Source of the DNA: Mobula hypostoma
Lineage: Eukaryota
Direction of reading: 5' to 3'
Assembly: GCF_963921235.1 (NCBI RefSeq)
Contig: NC_086108.1
Coordinates: 101,310,001-101,374,000, forward strand
DNA length: 64,000 bases
How positions within the stretch are numbered: the first letter of the stretch is position 1; each line of letters starts with the position of its first letter. A program made the translations under genes and the position numbers. Positions 1 through 13,050 of the stretch are shown here, one piece after another. The notes beneath the pieces were generated by a model. The model searched no databases. It worked only from the letters and a program-made list of their open reading frames with translations, and was not told where the DNA came from.

Positions 1-140
1 GATTTCTAAAGCCACCACCTTAAGTACCCTGGGATGCAGACCATCAGGTCCCGGGGACTTATCAGCCTTCAGACCCAACAGCCTATTCAACACCATTTCC
101 TGTCTAATATAAACTTCCTTCAATTCATCCATTACCCTAG
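1..140 (-). mobile_element. CR1 LINE ORF2 fragment
   Basis: Minus strand reads KSPGPDGLHPRVLKVVALEI, the motif just upstream of the CR1 RT domain. Confidence 0.8.
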
Positions 141-364
141 AATTTCATGGAATATTGTGATGGGATAAAAGCAGGGGGATAGTGATTGTAGAAGAGGTTG
201 GGAAATCAGTACCAGCAATTTTGGACTTCAGAGATAGGCAGGTAGTACATCAAAGGTTCTGGTCACAGGTCAGGGAATGGTAAGGGGAAGGGTGAAGCAT
301 AACGAGGATAAAGAGAAGAGGTTTTCTTATTTTGTCCACCTCCAAGGTTGACACGGATGTCTTA

Positions 365-1965
365 AACAACATACACAAAATGCTGGAAGAACTCAGCAGG
401 CCAGGCAGCATTTGTGCAAAAAAGTTCAGTTGATGTTTCGGGCTGAGAACTTTTGGCAGGACTGGAGAAAAAAGCTGAGGAGTAGATTTAAAAGGTGAGG
501 GGAGGGGCAAGAGAAACATCAGGTGATAGGTGAAACATGGAGGGGGAGGGATGAAGTAAAAAGCTGGGAATTGATTGGTGACAGAGACAGAAGTCCATGG
601 AAGAAAGAAAAGGCGGGGGGGGGGCAATGGATGGGCAAGGAGATAAGGTGAGCGAGGGAAAGTGGATGGGAAATGGTGAAGGAGGGGAGATAGGGGGCAT
701 TACCGGAAGTTTGAGAAATCGATGTTCATGCTATCAAGTTGGAGGCTACCCAATGGAAAATAAGGCATTGTTCCTCCAATCTAAATATTGCCTCATCACA
801 ACAGTAGAGGAGGCCATGGATGGACATATCGTAATGGGAATGGGAAGTGGAATTAAAAGGGGTGGCCACTGGGAGATCCCACTTGTTCTGGCAGACGAAG
901 CAAACTCTCAATCTACATTGGGTCTCAGCGACATACAGGAAGCCACACTGGGAGCACTGAACATAGTATATGACCCCAACAAACTCACAGTTGAAGTATT
1001 GCCTCATCTGGAAGGACTGTTTGGAGCCCTGAATGGTAGTGAGGGAGGAGGTGTAGGGGCAAGTGTAGCACTTGTTCCATTTGCAAGGATAAATGCCAGG
1101 AGGGAGATCAGGGGGGAGGGACGAATAGACACGGGAGTCGCGTAGTAAGTGATCCCTGCATAAAGCGGAAAGTGGGGGCAGGGGAGGGAAAGATGTGCTT
1201 GGTGGTGGGATCCCATTGGAGGTGGCGGAAGTTTCAGAGAATTATACGTTGGGTGTAGAAGCTGATAGGGTGGTAGGTGAGGATAAGAGGAACCCTATCC
1301 ATGGTAGGGTGGCGAGAAGATGGGGTAAGAGCTGACGTGTGTGAAATTGAAGAGATGCGATTGAGGGCAGTGTTGATGGTGGAGGAAGGGAAGCCCCTTT
1401 CTTTGAAAAATGACATCTTCTTCATTCTAGAATGTAAACACCTTATCCTGAGAGCAGATGCAGTGGGGACGAAGGAATTGAGAGAAGGGGATGGCGTTTT
1501 TACAAGTAGCAGGGTGGGACAAGGTATAGTCTAGCTAGCTGTGAAAGTCTGTGGTTTGTAATAAACATGAGTGGATAAGCTACCTTCAGACAGAGACAGT
1601 GAGATCAAGAAAGGGAAGGGAGGTGTCGAAAAAACACCAGGTGAATTTGAGGTCAGGGTGAAAGTTGGAGGTAAAGTGGATGAAGTTGACGAGTTCAGCA
1701 CGGGTGCAGGAAGCAGCACCAATGCAGTTGTCGATGTAGTGTAGCAAAAGTGCGGGACAGTCACTAGTGTAGTCTTGGAACATGGACTGTTCCACGTAGC
1801 CGACAAACAGGAAGGCATTGCTGGGACCCATGCAAGTGCCCATTGCTACCCCTTTTGTTTGAATGAATTGGGATAGCCAAAGCAGAAATTATTTAGATTG
1901 AGGACAAGTCTCACTAGGTGGAGGAGAGTGGTGGTGGAGAGGAACTGGTTAGGTCTGGTGTCCAG
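365..1965 (-). mobile_element. Penelope-like element (RT + GIY-YIG endonuclease), degraded
   Basis: ORF pieces MGTCMGPSNAFLFVGYVEQ...HYIDNCIG (PLE RT, YIDD-like) and VIYYVQCSQCGFLYVAET (GIY-YIG). Terminal repeat 'acacaaaatgctggaagaactcagcaggccaggcagc' at about 375-410. Confidence 0.85.
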
Positions 1966-2029
1966 AAAAATAGATGTCCATATCTGACAGGAGGAGCATT
2001 CAATCCTGACTACTCTATACTAAAAAAGA

Positions 2030-2270
2030 AAAAAAGCCTGCTTCTTAACTGTGCCTCTGCCTGTTCACGCTGAAGCCTGTTAAGGCAAAGCCTTCACACT
2101 CTATCACTGGCATACTCCGACATTGGCCGCCCCAAACGATAGCCCCTTGAGCCTGCCCTCCTTTTATTTGTGGCTGACATTAAGCCTCCTGCACCAACAC
2201 TTTCCACACCTGCTCAGTTCAAAAAGACCATCCTTTCCTGAATCTGCTCTTTTTCTCCTCTTTCCCAACT
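2030..2270 (-). mobile_element. CR1 5'UTR-like fragment
   Basis: Reverse complement resembles the CR1 5' leaders at about 44960-45035 and 39950-40020 (aaggctttg...aacagg...ggcagaggc). Confidence 0.45.
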
Positions 2271-2854
2271 TCCATAGGTTTCTGACACAGACACTCACAC
2301 TCGTCTCGCCTGAGCCACCGAGGAAAGTATACTCATAGAGATAGCAATGCAGTAGTGATCGCACATTGGCTTGTAATAATTCGCTAAAAACTTCAAAGTA
2401 CTCTGACTGCAGAGATCCAGTAATCGCCTCAGTACTGATCCCTCCTTTTCCAATGTTGGCTGCTCATGTTCCAGTTAACCCACCAATGGGCAGGAAGCGT
2501 AGTGCTTAGCGCAAAACTTTACAATGCCGGTGATCACAGGTGCCGTGAAAAACCTATTACCTGCAGCAGCATCACATTCCTGTAGTATCATATAAACAGC
2601 ATTCACAAATTAAATATAATCATCATTTTTAGAAGGACACAGAACAAAAATAAGTTAATTTTAGTGCAAAGTGACTATAGAGTTGCTAAACTCTAGTGGT
2701 GAAGGTTTTGCCGGTTGTTCCAAAAAATTGAATGGTGTAGGGAAGTAACTGCTCTTAAACCTTTTGGTATGGAACCTCAGGCTTCTGTACCTCCTGCCGG
2801 ATGGCAGCTGTGAAAAGATAGCATGGACATGATGGAGAAATTAAAGAAAATACA

Positions 2855-4170
2855 TATCATGGTCCAGTCCGTGAAGTCCACATTCTGGTTCACGGTCCGG
2901 TCCGCGGACTGAGCACTCCGGGTCTTCCAGCTATCCTTCATTTGGTTGAGTTAATCATAGGCACCTGATCCCCATCTTTAGCTTGGAATATAAGTAGCCT
3001 TGGGGTTGAGTGTGGGCTGCTGGTTTGTCTTGTTAGTTCCCCTGGGAGGAACCTGCTGATGGAAGGCTAGTAAAACCATTTGTGATCTCTAGGCCTGGTT
3101 GGAGGACCACTGCTTCATGAAGCCTTGTTGCCACTTGTTTGAGTAGTCTTTGTGGTATGGATTTGGATGTTTCCTGGGCCAGCTGAGTGGCTGTCAGCCA
3201 TTCTGGCTAGGTAGGGATCTGGCTGTTTATGTAGCCAGTGGAGGTTACTGGCTGTAACTGTGACTCGGAGTAACCCTGAAGCAGAGATGAAATTGTCTGT
3301 TGTTCTTTGGTGTTTGTCTCTCCTTGTCCTTTTCTCTGTGGGGTAAGTCAGGCTGTTCTGCTGTTGCCCTGTGGGGGGGGGTCTTGTCTTGTCCTTGCCT
3401 CTGTGGGGTAGTCAGGCTGTTTTGCTGTTACCCTGTGGGGGGACAGGTCTTGACTTGTCTTTGCCTCTGTTGGGTAAGTCTGGCTGTTCTGCTGTTACCT
3501 AACAGGTGGACCTGTCCCACCTTGGTGTGGAGAGAAAGTTGAGTCCTGGCTTGTCTATGGATGAGTCCCAGCTTTTTGTCTATGTACTGTCCTGTCTCAT
3601 GTTGGTGTTGTGTTAATGATGAGTCCCCACTTTTTGAAGGATGAGTCCTGGCTCTATGTTGATGTTCAGTTCCAAGTCGGTGTCTCAGCTCCAGCCTCTG
3701 AGTTATCAGCCTCTGCATTTCAAGATGAGGATCCCGCAGCCAAACGCCAAGAGCCTGAGCTGCGAGGATCCCGCAGCCAAGCGCCAAGAGCACGAGCTGT
3801 GAGGATCCCGCAGCCAAGAGCCCCAGCTGTGACCCCAGCCTCAAGCTGTAAGAACAAAGACCCCAGCCTGTTTCCAAGCTCGGGCCTCTAGACCCCAGCC
3901 ATGTCCTGTCCTTGCTCAGTTCTGGGGTCCGAGCCCACGGCAAGACCCAGGTTCTAGGGTCCGAGCCTGTGGCAAGACCCAGGTTCTGGGTCCTTGTCCA
4001 GTCTTGGGCTCAGAGTCCAAGCCTTGTCTCCTAGTCCATGGTTCCTAGTCCTGGTCCCACTTTCCCAGCCCAAGTCTGCATTCTTGTCCCTTCTCCAGTC
4101 AAGTCCTGTTCCTTGTACTTCAGTGTCTGTGTCTTGCAGTTGGGTCTGTTACCAGCACCCCACTGTGACA
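2855..4170 (+). mobile_element. Solo LTR-like element (Gypsy-type, family A)
   Basis: Starts tatcatgg (degraded TGTCA) and ends ...gtgtcttgcagttgggtc...tgtgaca. Flanks ataca/acaca look like a 5-bp TSD with 1 mismatch. Both ends are homologous to 62555-63653. Confidence 0.65.
3727..3840. repeat. Tandem repeat of about 35-37 bp inside LTR
   Basis: gaggatcccgcagccaa(a/g)cgccaagagc(c/a)(t/c)gagctg occurs about 3 times. Confidence 0.8.
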
Positions 4171-4299
4171 ACACAAGAAGTTTTATTTTGCATAAAGAGG
4201 AATTAATTGGGTGTTATGGGGAGAAAAATGTCGTAAAGGCAGAAGATTTGGAATGGGTTCTTGATTGTTTTTGTTGCTACCTTTAAATACAGTGGCACT

Positions 4300-5560
4300 G
4301 CCAATGCAATTAGTAAGGAATTCTTGAAAATATTTAATTGGATAGCCAGAGAGGAAGGGTCAAAAGTCATAAATCACAAGGCTGTGCTGTTCCAGCTGTA
4401 AAAAGAAAAACAAGAAAAGATTTTGTAATGCTTGAGCATAAGAAATTTGTTATTGTTGTACCACAGTTTAAAAAGACAGAACAGGGTAAATCCAGTAAAT
4501 GCAGGTGAGTGAGTGTAACTTCAGGGTGGAAATATTTGAATCATTCCTGAGGGACACCATAAAGCTTCATCTGGAAAGACCCAGAATAATCAGAACTTGG
4601 ATTTTCAGAGGGCAGCTTAAGTCTAAAGGATAGAATTCTTCGAAGATGTTACAAGAGGGTGTTGTGTTTGGTACAGTTCACAGGGAGATCAGCAAATATT
4701 TTGCCAAGGTCTCTTAAGTGTCACGTTCAATAGTTAAGAAGCAAGTGATGGAAGAATGCTGATTTGGTGCAAATTATTATGATTAATGGGGACTTTATCA
4801 CAGGAAGGCTGTGACCACTGAGTTTCCTCAACACTTTGTGCTTAGTTCCTTGTTGTACAGATTCAATTTATTTATCACATGTACATTGAATCAATCAACA
4901 CAAGCCAATGATGCTGGCAGCTGCAAGTGTCATTACACATTTTGGCGAAACACAGCAAGCCCACAATGCTTGGCAGATCAACACCGAACACAACAAGCAA
5001 CAGAACAGCAACAGCAAAACAGGCCCTGTTTCTCCCTCCCACCCACACACATACGTGCATATACACAATCCTCTGACCCCAGGACCAGCCACCTTCAGCC
5101 TCAGCAGACACCTGGATCCACAAAACTGGCTTTGGCTTCTCCAGAAGAGTCACAAACTCAGGCCTTCAGACTTCTAAACTTCCAATCGAAGTTCAATGTT
5201 CAAAAATAAGGCTCCGAATTTAAATATAGGAAGCACAATAAAGAAGTTTGCGAATAATTTAAAAGTTGGTTGTGAGGAAGTAAACTTTTAACTTCAGCAT
5301 CGATGGCTGACCAGGTGGGTGGAATCCTACAAACAGCATTTATTTCAGACAAGTAGGAAGTAATACAATAAATGGAAGCAAATTGAGAAGACAAGGACCT
5401 TGGCTGTATGTCTATAAATCCTTAACTGTTAACCAGTCCTGTGACAAGATTTGGAATAATTCATTTATTAGCCAAGACATTGATTATAAGTGTAGTGAGA
5501 TTACTCAAAATAATCACTTTGGAAATAGGTGCAGGAGAATACCATTTTCATAGACATCAT
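4300..5560 (+). mobile_element. Old, highly degraded CR1 fragments interrupted by a short repeat (about 4860-5200)
   Basis: Degenerate motifs, e.g. 'TIKKFANNLKVG' (SKFADDTK-like) at about 5237-5272 and an 'aagacagaacagggtaaatccagtaaat' RT-upstream remnant. Confidence 0.45.
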
Positions 5561-5664
5561 GGCTGACCTTCCACCTAAACAGGCATTTTCCCACTTGATC
5601 CCCATATCCTTAATCCTGAAATCTCTTGATCTCCATTCTGTTTACGCTCTATGATTGAACCTCT

Positions 5665-5825
5665 ATAAAATGGAGGTTGATAGGCTCTTGATTAGTAAGG
5701 GTTTCAGGTTACGGTGGTAAGGCAGGAAAATAGGGTTGAGAGGGATAGTAAATCAGTCTTGATAGAATGGCAGAGCAGATTTGATGGGTTGAATGGTTTC
5801 ATTCTGCTCCTATGACTTGGGGTCT
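5665..5825 (+). mobile_element. CR1 3' terminal fragment
   Basis: aaggcaggaaaatagggttgag...gatgggttgaatgg...attctgctcctatg matches the CR1 3'UTR seen repeatedly in the window. Confidence 0.7.
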
Positions 5826-6447
5826 TTTGGAAAACCAGTTCCAAAGACTCACTTCACTCATTCTTATTTTAGTCTTGAACAGCCTGCATCTTATTCTTTT
5901 TTTTAATTTTATTTTTATTTGGATAAGGAATTCACAATTATCATTTACTTTTTTCACACACATAACCTTTTCCATTTTTTTTATATGTATAAAACTACAA
6001 TTATTTATACATTCTTAAGTACACATTGAGATGATATAAAAGGAAATTAAACATTTAAATAGATAATTATGTACTGTGGTAAATCTAACCTATTAGGCTA
6101 AGTAATGAAATTAGTTGTTAAGAAAAATGATAATAATAGTTTCCATACAACCCTTCTGGACCATTTCCACTGGTCCAAAATGTTGCATACAAGCCTATAT
6201 ACCAACCATTGTAGGTGTTTATATCCCAATTTGTTCGTGCTTGTTCCTGCCCGCAGACATAATTATCCAATCCCTATGTGCTTATTTACTTAATTTTTTC
6301 ATTTTTGTTTTATCCCTTTACCAAATCTTTCCCTTTACTTGTGTTAATTCTCTATTTTCCAAAAAAAACCAAACATTTAGACTAGGGGTGCTTACGTTAG
6401 CAATATTACTGTGTTGATGAGAAGAGCAATATAAATCATTAGGAGAG

Positions 6448-9400
6448 TCATCTAAAGTCTGCTCGCATTGGGGTTATATATTCAATCCATTTATTCCAGA
6501 TTTGATAAAATGTTTCTTTTTGAGTTCTCAGGGAGGAAGTCAACTTTTCCATTTTAAATATTTCCAAGATAATTTCGTACCAATCTTCTAATGTAGGTGG
6601 TATTGGATTTAGCCATTTTCTAGTGATTGATTTCTTACTTGCCGCTAAGAGGGCCTGCAGCAACTTTATATCTTCCTTCTGTTCAAGGAACAATACATGC
6701 CCCAAGTAGAGCGTCTCAAAGTTCAGAGGTATCTGGGACCTAAGTACCTTAACTAATGTTCTATGAATACCTTCCCAAAATAGACTTAATTTAGGGCAAT
6801 CCCAGAAAATATGAAAATGATTTGCCTCCTTGGAGCCGCACCTTCTCCAACACATCACATTTGTATCTTTATATTTTTCCTGATATGGGGTCTTGAAGTA
6901 TCTTATAATGTTTTTCCAACAATGTTCTCTCCAAGTCAAAGAATTAGTCGAGGACCATTGAAAGCTGCAGATTTTCCCCCAAGCCTCCTCTGAAAGTACC
7001 AACCCCGCTTCTTTCTCCCACTTCTCTTTAATATACAGTGTATTTACATTTTTAGCATGGGAGAGTGCATTATATAGGCGAGAAACTGATTTACTAGGTA
7101 TTGAACTGCAAGCCGAATTCAGAATCTTGAAAAATTCTAATTCTACTGTTGATAGGTCTGTATATCTACAACTCTGGTTAACATAGTTTCGTATTTGAAG
7201 GTACCTAAAAAAGTCATTATGTTCTAGGCCATGTTTGTCCTGCAGGATTTGGAAACTTTATAATACTCTTTTATCTATAAATGAGAGGTAGGTTGTAAGA
7301 CCTTTCTTTATCCATAGCTCAAATCTTTTATCTCCTCTGTTGGGAAGGAATTCGGTATCATATGCACACCATCTAAAGAGTTTTAACATGTTATTAATTC
7401 CACATGAATTAACCACCTTCTGCCATACTTTTAATGTAAGATTTATCCAAGCATTATTAAATTTTTCCAACTGGGCCATCAATCCTTTGTCAGCTATTGA
7501 GGCCTGAAGAGGAAAACTGTCAACTAATCCAAATTCTATTTCCTTCCATCTAGCCTTATATTCCCTATTACACCAATATAACAGAGGGGTTATCTGTGAG
7601 GCATAAAAATAATTTCTCAGGCCAGGAAGAACCATACCTCCTCCTTCCTTCCCTAACTGTAAGGTGTTATATCGAATTCTAGGTTTCCTTCCTTGCCAAA
7701 TGAAGCGGGAAATCCATTTGTCCCATTCCCTGAATTGATTATCATCCACCTCCACTGGTAAAGTATGGAAAAGATATAATAACCGAGGAAGAATATTCAT
7801 TTTTATAGTATTTATCCTTGAATTTAAACTTAAAAAGGGGATAAGATTCCATCTATGCATATCTGCTTTTATCTCTGAGACTAATGGCCCATAATTTACC
7901 TGTGACAGTGTTGAAAGATCCTTCGGCAGGGTTATTCCTAAATATTTTAATGATTTAGCTTCCCACTTAAGATCGTATGCATCCTGCAATTTTTTGGATG
8001 GTGTATAATTTAGGGACATAACCTGTGTTTTCTTTACATTTATTTTATAACCTGATATTTTCCCAAAGTCATCCAACAGTGTAAACAATCCTATAAATGA
8101 TTTTTCTGGTTCACTTAGATAGACCAAAACATCATCTGCGAATAACGCCACTTTCTGTTCAATCCCTGCCACCTTGATACCTTTTACGATTTCGCTCTGT
8201 CTTATTAGTTGGGCAAGTGGTTCAATATATAGCGCAAAAAGGAGAGGAGAAATTGGGCATCCCTGTCTAGTGCCTCTCTCTAAAATGAAGGAGTCAGAGA
8301 GGTCCCCATTTATCTTAATTCGGTCTGTAGGGCTGTCATATAGAGTCTGAATTACTTTAATAAACCTTTCTTGAAAGCCGAATCTTCCTAACACTCTGTA
8401 TAGGAATGCCCAACTAACCGAATCAAAAGCTTTCTCAGCGTCCAATCCTACTACCATTGTCTCTGTCTCGTTCTTATTAACCTGTTCTAATATGTGCAGA
8501 GTTCTCCTTATGTTGTCCTGTGTTTGTCTTTGTTGAATAAATCCAGTCTGGTCTAAATGGATTAGGCCAGGTAAAAGCTTTTCCAATCTGCGCGCTAATA
8601 TAGATGTAAATAGTTTGTAATCTAAATTAAGAACACTAATTGGCCGATAATTGCCACATTCTAGTTTATCTTTACCCTCTTTAGGAATAACTGAAATAAT
8701 CGCTTCTCTCCAGGAAGGTGGAGTTTCTCCTCTCTGCAAGATCCAATTAAAGGTGTTAAGTAGTAATGGGGCTAACTGTGTCTTCAGGGACTTGTACCAC
8801 TCTGAGGTAAACCCATCAGAACCCGGGGACTTTCCAGCCTTTAACCTAGAGATGGCCACGTTCAGTTCTTTGATAGTTACTGGTTCTAATAAACTTTCAT
8901 TTTGTAAATCTTTAAGTTTAGGTAGATCTAAAAAATTCAATACACTGTCTATATAGGGCTCATTGGGGGCCCGGGGTTGGGAGTACAGCTCTCGATAATA
9001 CGTTTCAAAACTCTCCTGAATTTTCCCTATTGTACTCTCCACAAGCTTTGTCTTTGGATTCTTTATTTTATGAATTGTATTGTCTGCTTGTTGTTTTCGT
9101 AATTTATATGCTAATAATCGAGCTGATTTACCTCCTACTTCATAATTCTTTTGTCTCAGGTAAAGAAAATTTCTTTGAGTTTCCAACGTATAAATATCAT
9201 CAATTTCACTTTGCAATTTCCTAATTTCCTGTTTTCGATTTGAATTACTTTTGTTGCTATCTCCAACTTGAAGTTGTTTTAATTTTCCTTGAAGGTCTGC
9301 TAATTTTTGTGCATTGATTTTTTTCATGTGAGTAGTAATGGAAATAATTTTCCCTCTCAGTACAGCTTTCAATGTATCCCATAAAATCACTGGTGATGTT

Positions 9401-10057
9401 TCTCCCGTGTCATTAAGGTCTAGATATTCTTTGATTTCTCCCCTTAATCTCTCCATTACTTTTGGGTTATTAAGTATATGTGAGTTTAGCCTCCATAGTG
9501 TTTTCCTCATTTTCCTTTCCAGGATTAGAGACATAGAGACTGGGCTATGATCCGACAGATCAATTGTTGCAATATTAGTTTTTTATCCTGAGTCTATCTG
9601 TATTAAAGATAAAGAAATAGTCTATCCTTGAATAGGCTGAATGAGGGAAAGAGTAATATGTATAATCTTTACTAGTAGGGTGTAATTCCCTCCAGACATC
9701 TATAATTCCCAACTCCTCCATCAATGAATTCACTTTCCGAGTCAGAGGTTTATTCTGAGTAACTATTCTTGAAGAATCTAATATAGGATTTAATCTAATA
9801 TTAAAATCCCCTCCACAAATTACTACCCCTCGAGAACTGACCATTAGGTCAAAAATGTGTCTATAAAATGACCATTCACTACCTGGAGGAGCATAAACAT
9901 TCAGCAATGTTATTCCTGTACCTTCTATTCTTCCTGTGATTTTTACAAACCGTCCTTCTTTGTCTCTAGTCTCTGAAATATGTTCATAATTAAGAGTAAT
10001 TGGATTCAAAACCCCATTAACATTATAGGAAATTATTTTTACCAATTCAGTTTGCAT
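6448..10057 (-). pseudogene. L1 ORF2p (APE endonuclease, RT, C-terminal CCHC), disrupted
   Basis: ISYNVNG, NVYAP, GGDFN, YSRIDYF, SDHSP; RT motifs LDAEKAFD, GTRQGCP, LFADD; CWRRC...HIFWDC. Lesions: in-frame deletion after LNPI, frameshift at about 9575, TAA at 7258-7260. Confidence 0.92.
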
Positions 10058-10419
10058 TTTTCTCTAGTAGAAAAAAAGCACTCTCCTTTTCTAACCAAAC
10101 AGTAAGCAATCCCTTCTCAACAGTAAACCAAGACATATAACCACACCCTAGACATTTCTGAACGTATAACATTTGAAAATTTTTCCCGACTTCCCACAGT
10201 GAGGCCTGAGCACCGACCCACCTCAGTTCAGAGGGATAACCTCTATCTTCACCCTGTGTTAGAGGGCCCTCAGCAGTTTGAATAATCATAGAGAATTTTC
10301 TCCTATTTATGTCTCGACCATATTGCTATCATTCAAGTTATTCCGCCTAGTTTATTTTCAGTTACCAGTTTTCATTTTACTTTTAAGTCCGATTTACTCT
10401 TTTCAGTCATTTCTCTTAA

Positions 10420-11404
10420 TTAATCTGTATTCTCTGTACATTCGCATCTGAATATTTGCAGCTTTTCCTTGTAGTTTGACACTCTGGTTCGAGTGGAGCG
10501 TCCTCGCCCCACTAACTGCCACGACTTCTGCCGAATCCTCTCCAGTAGCGACTCCGGTTGGGTGATAACTTTAATAAGTAGTCCCTGGTCTGCCAGGTCC
10601 AACGTTGCCTCCTCCACCGTAGCGTAAGTTTTTGTCCCTTTGTCGTAAAAGACTCTCAGCCGAGCTGGATACAGGGTCTGGAATCTGATGTTGTTTTCCT
10701 TCAGGACTCTCCGTGTTTCCGTATATTCCTTCCGTCTGGCAGAAATCCCCGGTGCGTAGTCGTGGTCTAAACTGATTTTGCAGTTGTTCCACATGAAACC
10801 TTTCTTTTGCCATGCTCTTTTAAGCACCTCTTCCTTCGTTCTGTAACTGAGAAATCTGATCAGAATCGATCTGGGCTGGGCGCCTGCCGGAGGCTGTGGT
10901 GCCAACGCGCAGTGAGCCCTTTCTATCTGTAGGTCTTTTGCGGCCGGTATATCAAGGTTCTCTCTAAGTAGCTTCTCCACGAAGGGAATCATCAATCCGG
11001 GTTTACCTTCGGTTCCTTCGGGAACTCCGTAGATCCTCACATTTTCCCTTCTCGAGCGGCCTTCTTGATCTATTAGTTTCCACTGGAGCTGGTCTTGTAG
11101 CTTCAGCATTTCTGCTATCACTTCCTCGGCGTTTTGTAGCTTCTCTTCAATTCCAACAATCCTCGCTTCGGCTTCATCTATCCGCGAGTTAGTTTTTACT
11201 ATTTCTCCTTTAATATCTTCCAGCTGTTTGCTGTTATCTTGTCGGAACTCGCGAATCTCTCCGAGAATCAAAGACAGTCACCGATTCCCCCTCATTATCT
11301 CTGTCCTGGCTTGCCGTGGGGGAACTAGGCCCGTCGCCTTGCTGCGTCTCTTTATGTTTATCAGCCTTCGAAGTGGACTTGTTAATCTTGTTCTTAGACA
11401 TCAT
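10420..11404 (-). pseudogene. L1 ORF1p (coiled coil + RRM + CTD), frameshifted near 11275
   Basis: Motifs EGRSRRENVRIYGVPE, IERAH, YPARLRV. The ATG at 11404/11401 (MSKNKINKS...) is out of frame with the 283-aa ORF. Confidence 0.9.
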
Positions 11405-12734
11405 TCTTGCCCCTTTTATTAATATAGTTATGCAATATTAAGTATTTGTCTAAATTCGATTTTGGGGCAGTTTACCTTCTTTTTTTGTCGAGAGACCTTT
11501 TCCTTACGCCGCCATTCCCTTGATGACCCGGAAGTCTACCACAGCCTGCATCTTATTCTAAGGCTATAACTCTGGCTCTAGGCTCCTTGTCCAGAGGAGA
11601 ATTCTTCCTTGCATCCAGATGGTTGCAATTATCTTGTACCTTTGCTTGGATGAAATCTCCTTTCATTTTCCTTATCTCCAGAGAATACACTACTCGATCT
11701 CTCCTCATACAAAACAAAACTGCTTTCATTTAACTCCTCCCCGTGAACAATACCAAATCTCTCACCACTTCAAAATACTCTGAGCTTCTGTTATATGCAA
11801 TAAGGTGATACACACATTGTTTTTCTACATTATATTGCATCTGCAATATATTTTCCATTTTTGTCTATTTCCCCATGAAATCCATTTTGATCCTCTTCCT
11901 TTCTCATAATTCCAGTTGCTGGAAATCTACAGATCCACTCTTTCCTCTCTATGGATGCTGCCTGTACTGGTCAGTTTTTAGGCTTTCTGTTCTTGTTACC
12001 ATCATAATCTTGAGGCTTTCTCCTTGCAAGTAGCCAACTCTAGCAATCAAGCCAGGGGCTGACCTAAATGTAAGAGCGTGAAGATGAAGGCACACTGTGA
12101 CTTGGCAGTCTATGTCAGAGAGATAAAATGCACAACATTTGGGATTAGAGGGAGAGAAAGAAAAGTAAGTGGAAGCAGGGGTAAGAAAGCTTTTAGTCAT
12201 TCTGTGGAAAGTCTTGTATTCAAAATTTCAAGACATAATACGGTGATAATAAAACTGATTCTGATTCTTATCCAGAAGGGTCATCCTGAGTGCCAGCATG
12301 AACTTGAGTGATGGCCTCCTATATCACAGGAAATCTCTGTAGACTAATACTAGGTTTGAGCTAGAGAGTCACAGTCCATATTCTTAAAGCAACTCGATTA
12401 TGAAGTTGAAGCCAGGAATCTGAAAGGAGTACCAGTTATCACCTTAATATTTTTACTCTGTCAGAACTAAATTTAATTTTTATACATGTACTGCATTTTA
12501 TATTGTAATTTATTGTATATTTTATGGATTACATTGTACTGCTGCTGCCAAATAGCAGCTGAATCTTTGCAAAACATGGTGGGAAAAGAAGCCATCTTTA
12601 CAACAGGTCAGCGGGAGTAAGAGAAATAAAATAATAGAAACGTGGCTTGCGAAGGGTTAAACACCAGCATCGCCCAACACAAGAATGGACAGTGCTTTCA
12701 ATTTGAACAAGCATTCAGACCATAAGGTACAGAA

Positions 12735-13050
12735 TATTCCTTCATCCTGAGGCTGTGCCATCAGATCTAGGACTCTCCTACTAAAGGAAACATCCTCTCC
12801 ATATTCACTCTATTCGGGTCTTTCAGTATCCAGTAGGTTTCAATGAGATCCCCTCATCCTTCTGAACTCATCCGAGTACAGGCCCAGAGCTATCAAATAC
12901 TCCTTGTACATGAAACTTTTCATTCCTGAGATCATTCTTGTGAACATTTGTTGGACCTCTACAAGACCAGGCCATCTTGCCTTAGATACAGGGCCAAAGA
13001 TTGCTCATAATATTTCAAATATGGTTTGACCAACACCTTTCAAGTTTCAG
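12735..13050 (-). mobile_element. CR1 ORF2 3' fragment
   Basis: Homologous to the RT C-terminal part of the CR1 at 23875-24350. Confidence 0.7.

Larger units (their letters stand above)
5898..11540 (-). mobile_element. Full-length L1-clade LINE, inactivated
   Basis: Exact TSD ACAGCCTGCATCTTATTC(T) at 5879-5897 and 11541-11559. A-rich tail at about 5897-5920. 5' end GGTAGACTTCCGGG...GAATGGCGGC. ORF1 and ORF2 (EN, RT, zinc knuckle) are present. Confidence 0.95.

Noticed and set aside
597..1145. 182-aa plus-strand ORF
   Set aside because: Antisense shadow of the Penelope element.
3428..3943. 171-aa ORF (and overlapping 93-aa ORF)
   Set aside because: Arises from GC-rich tandem repeats inside an LTR; no domain.
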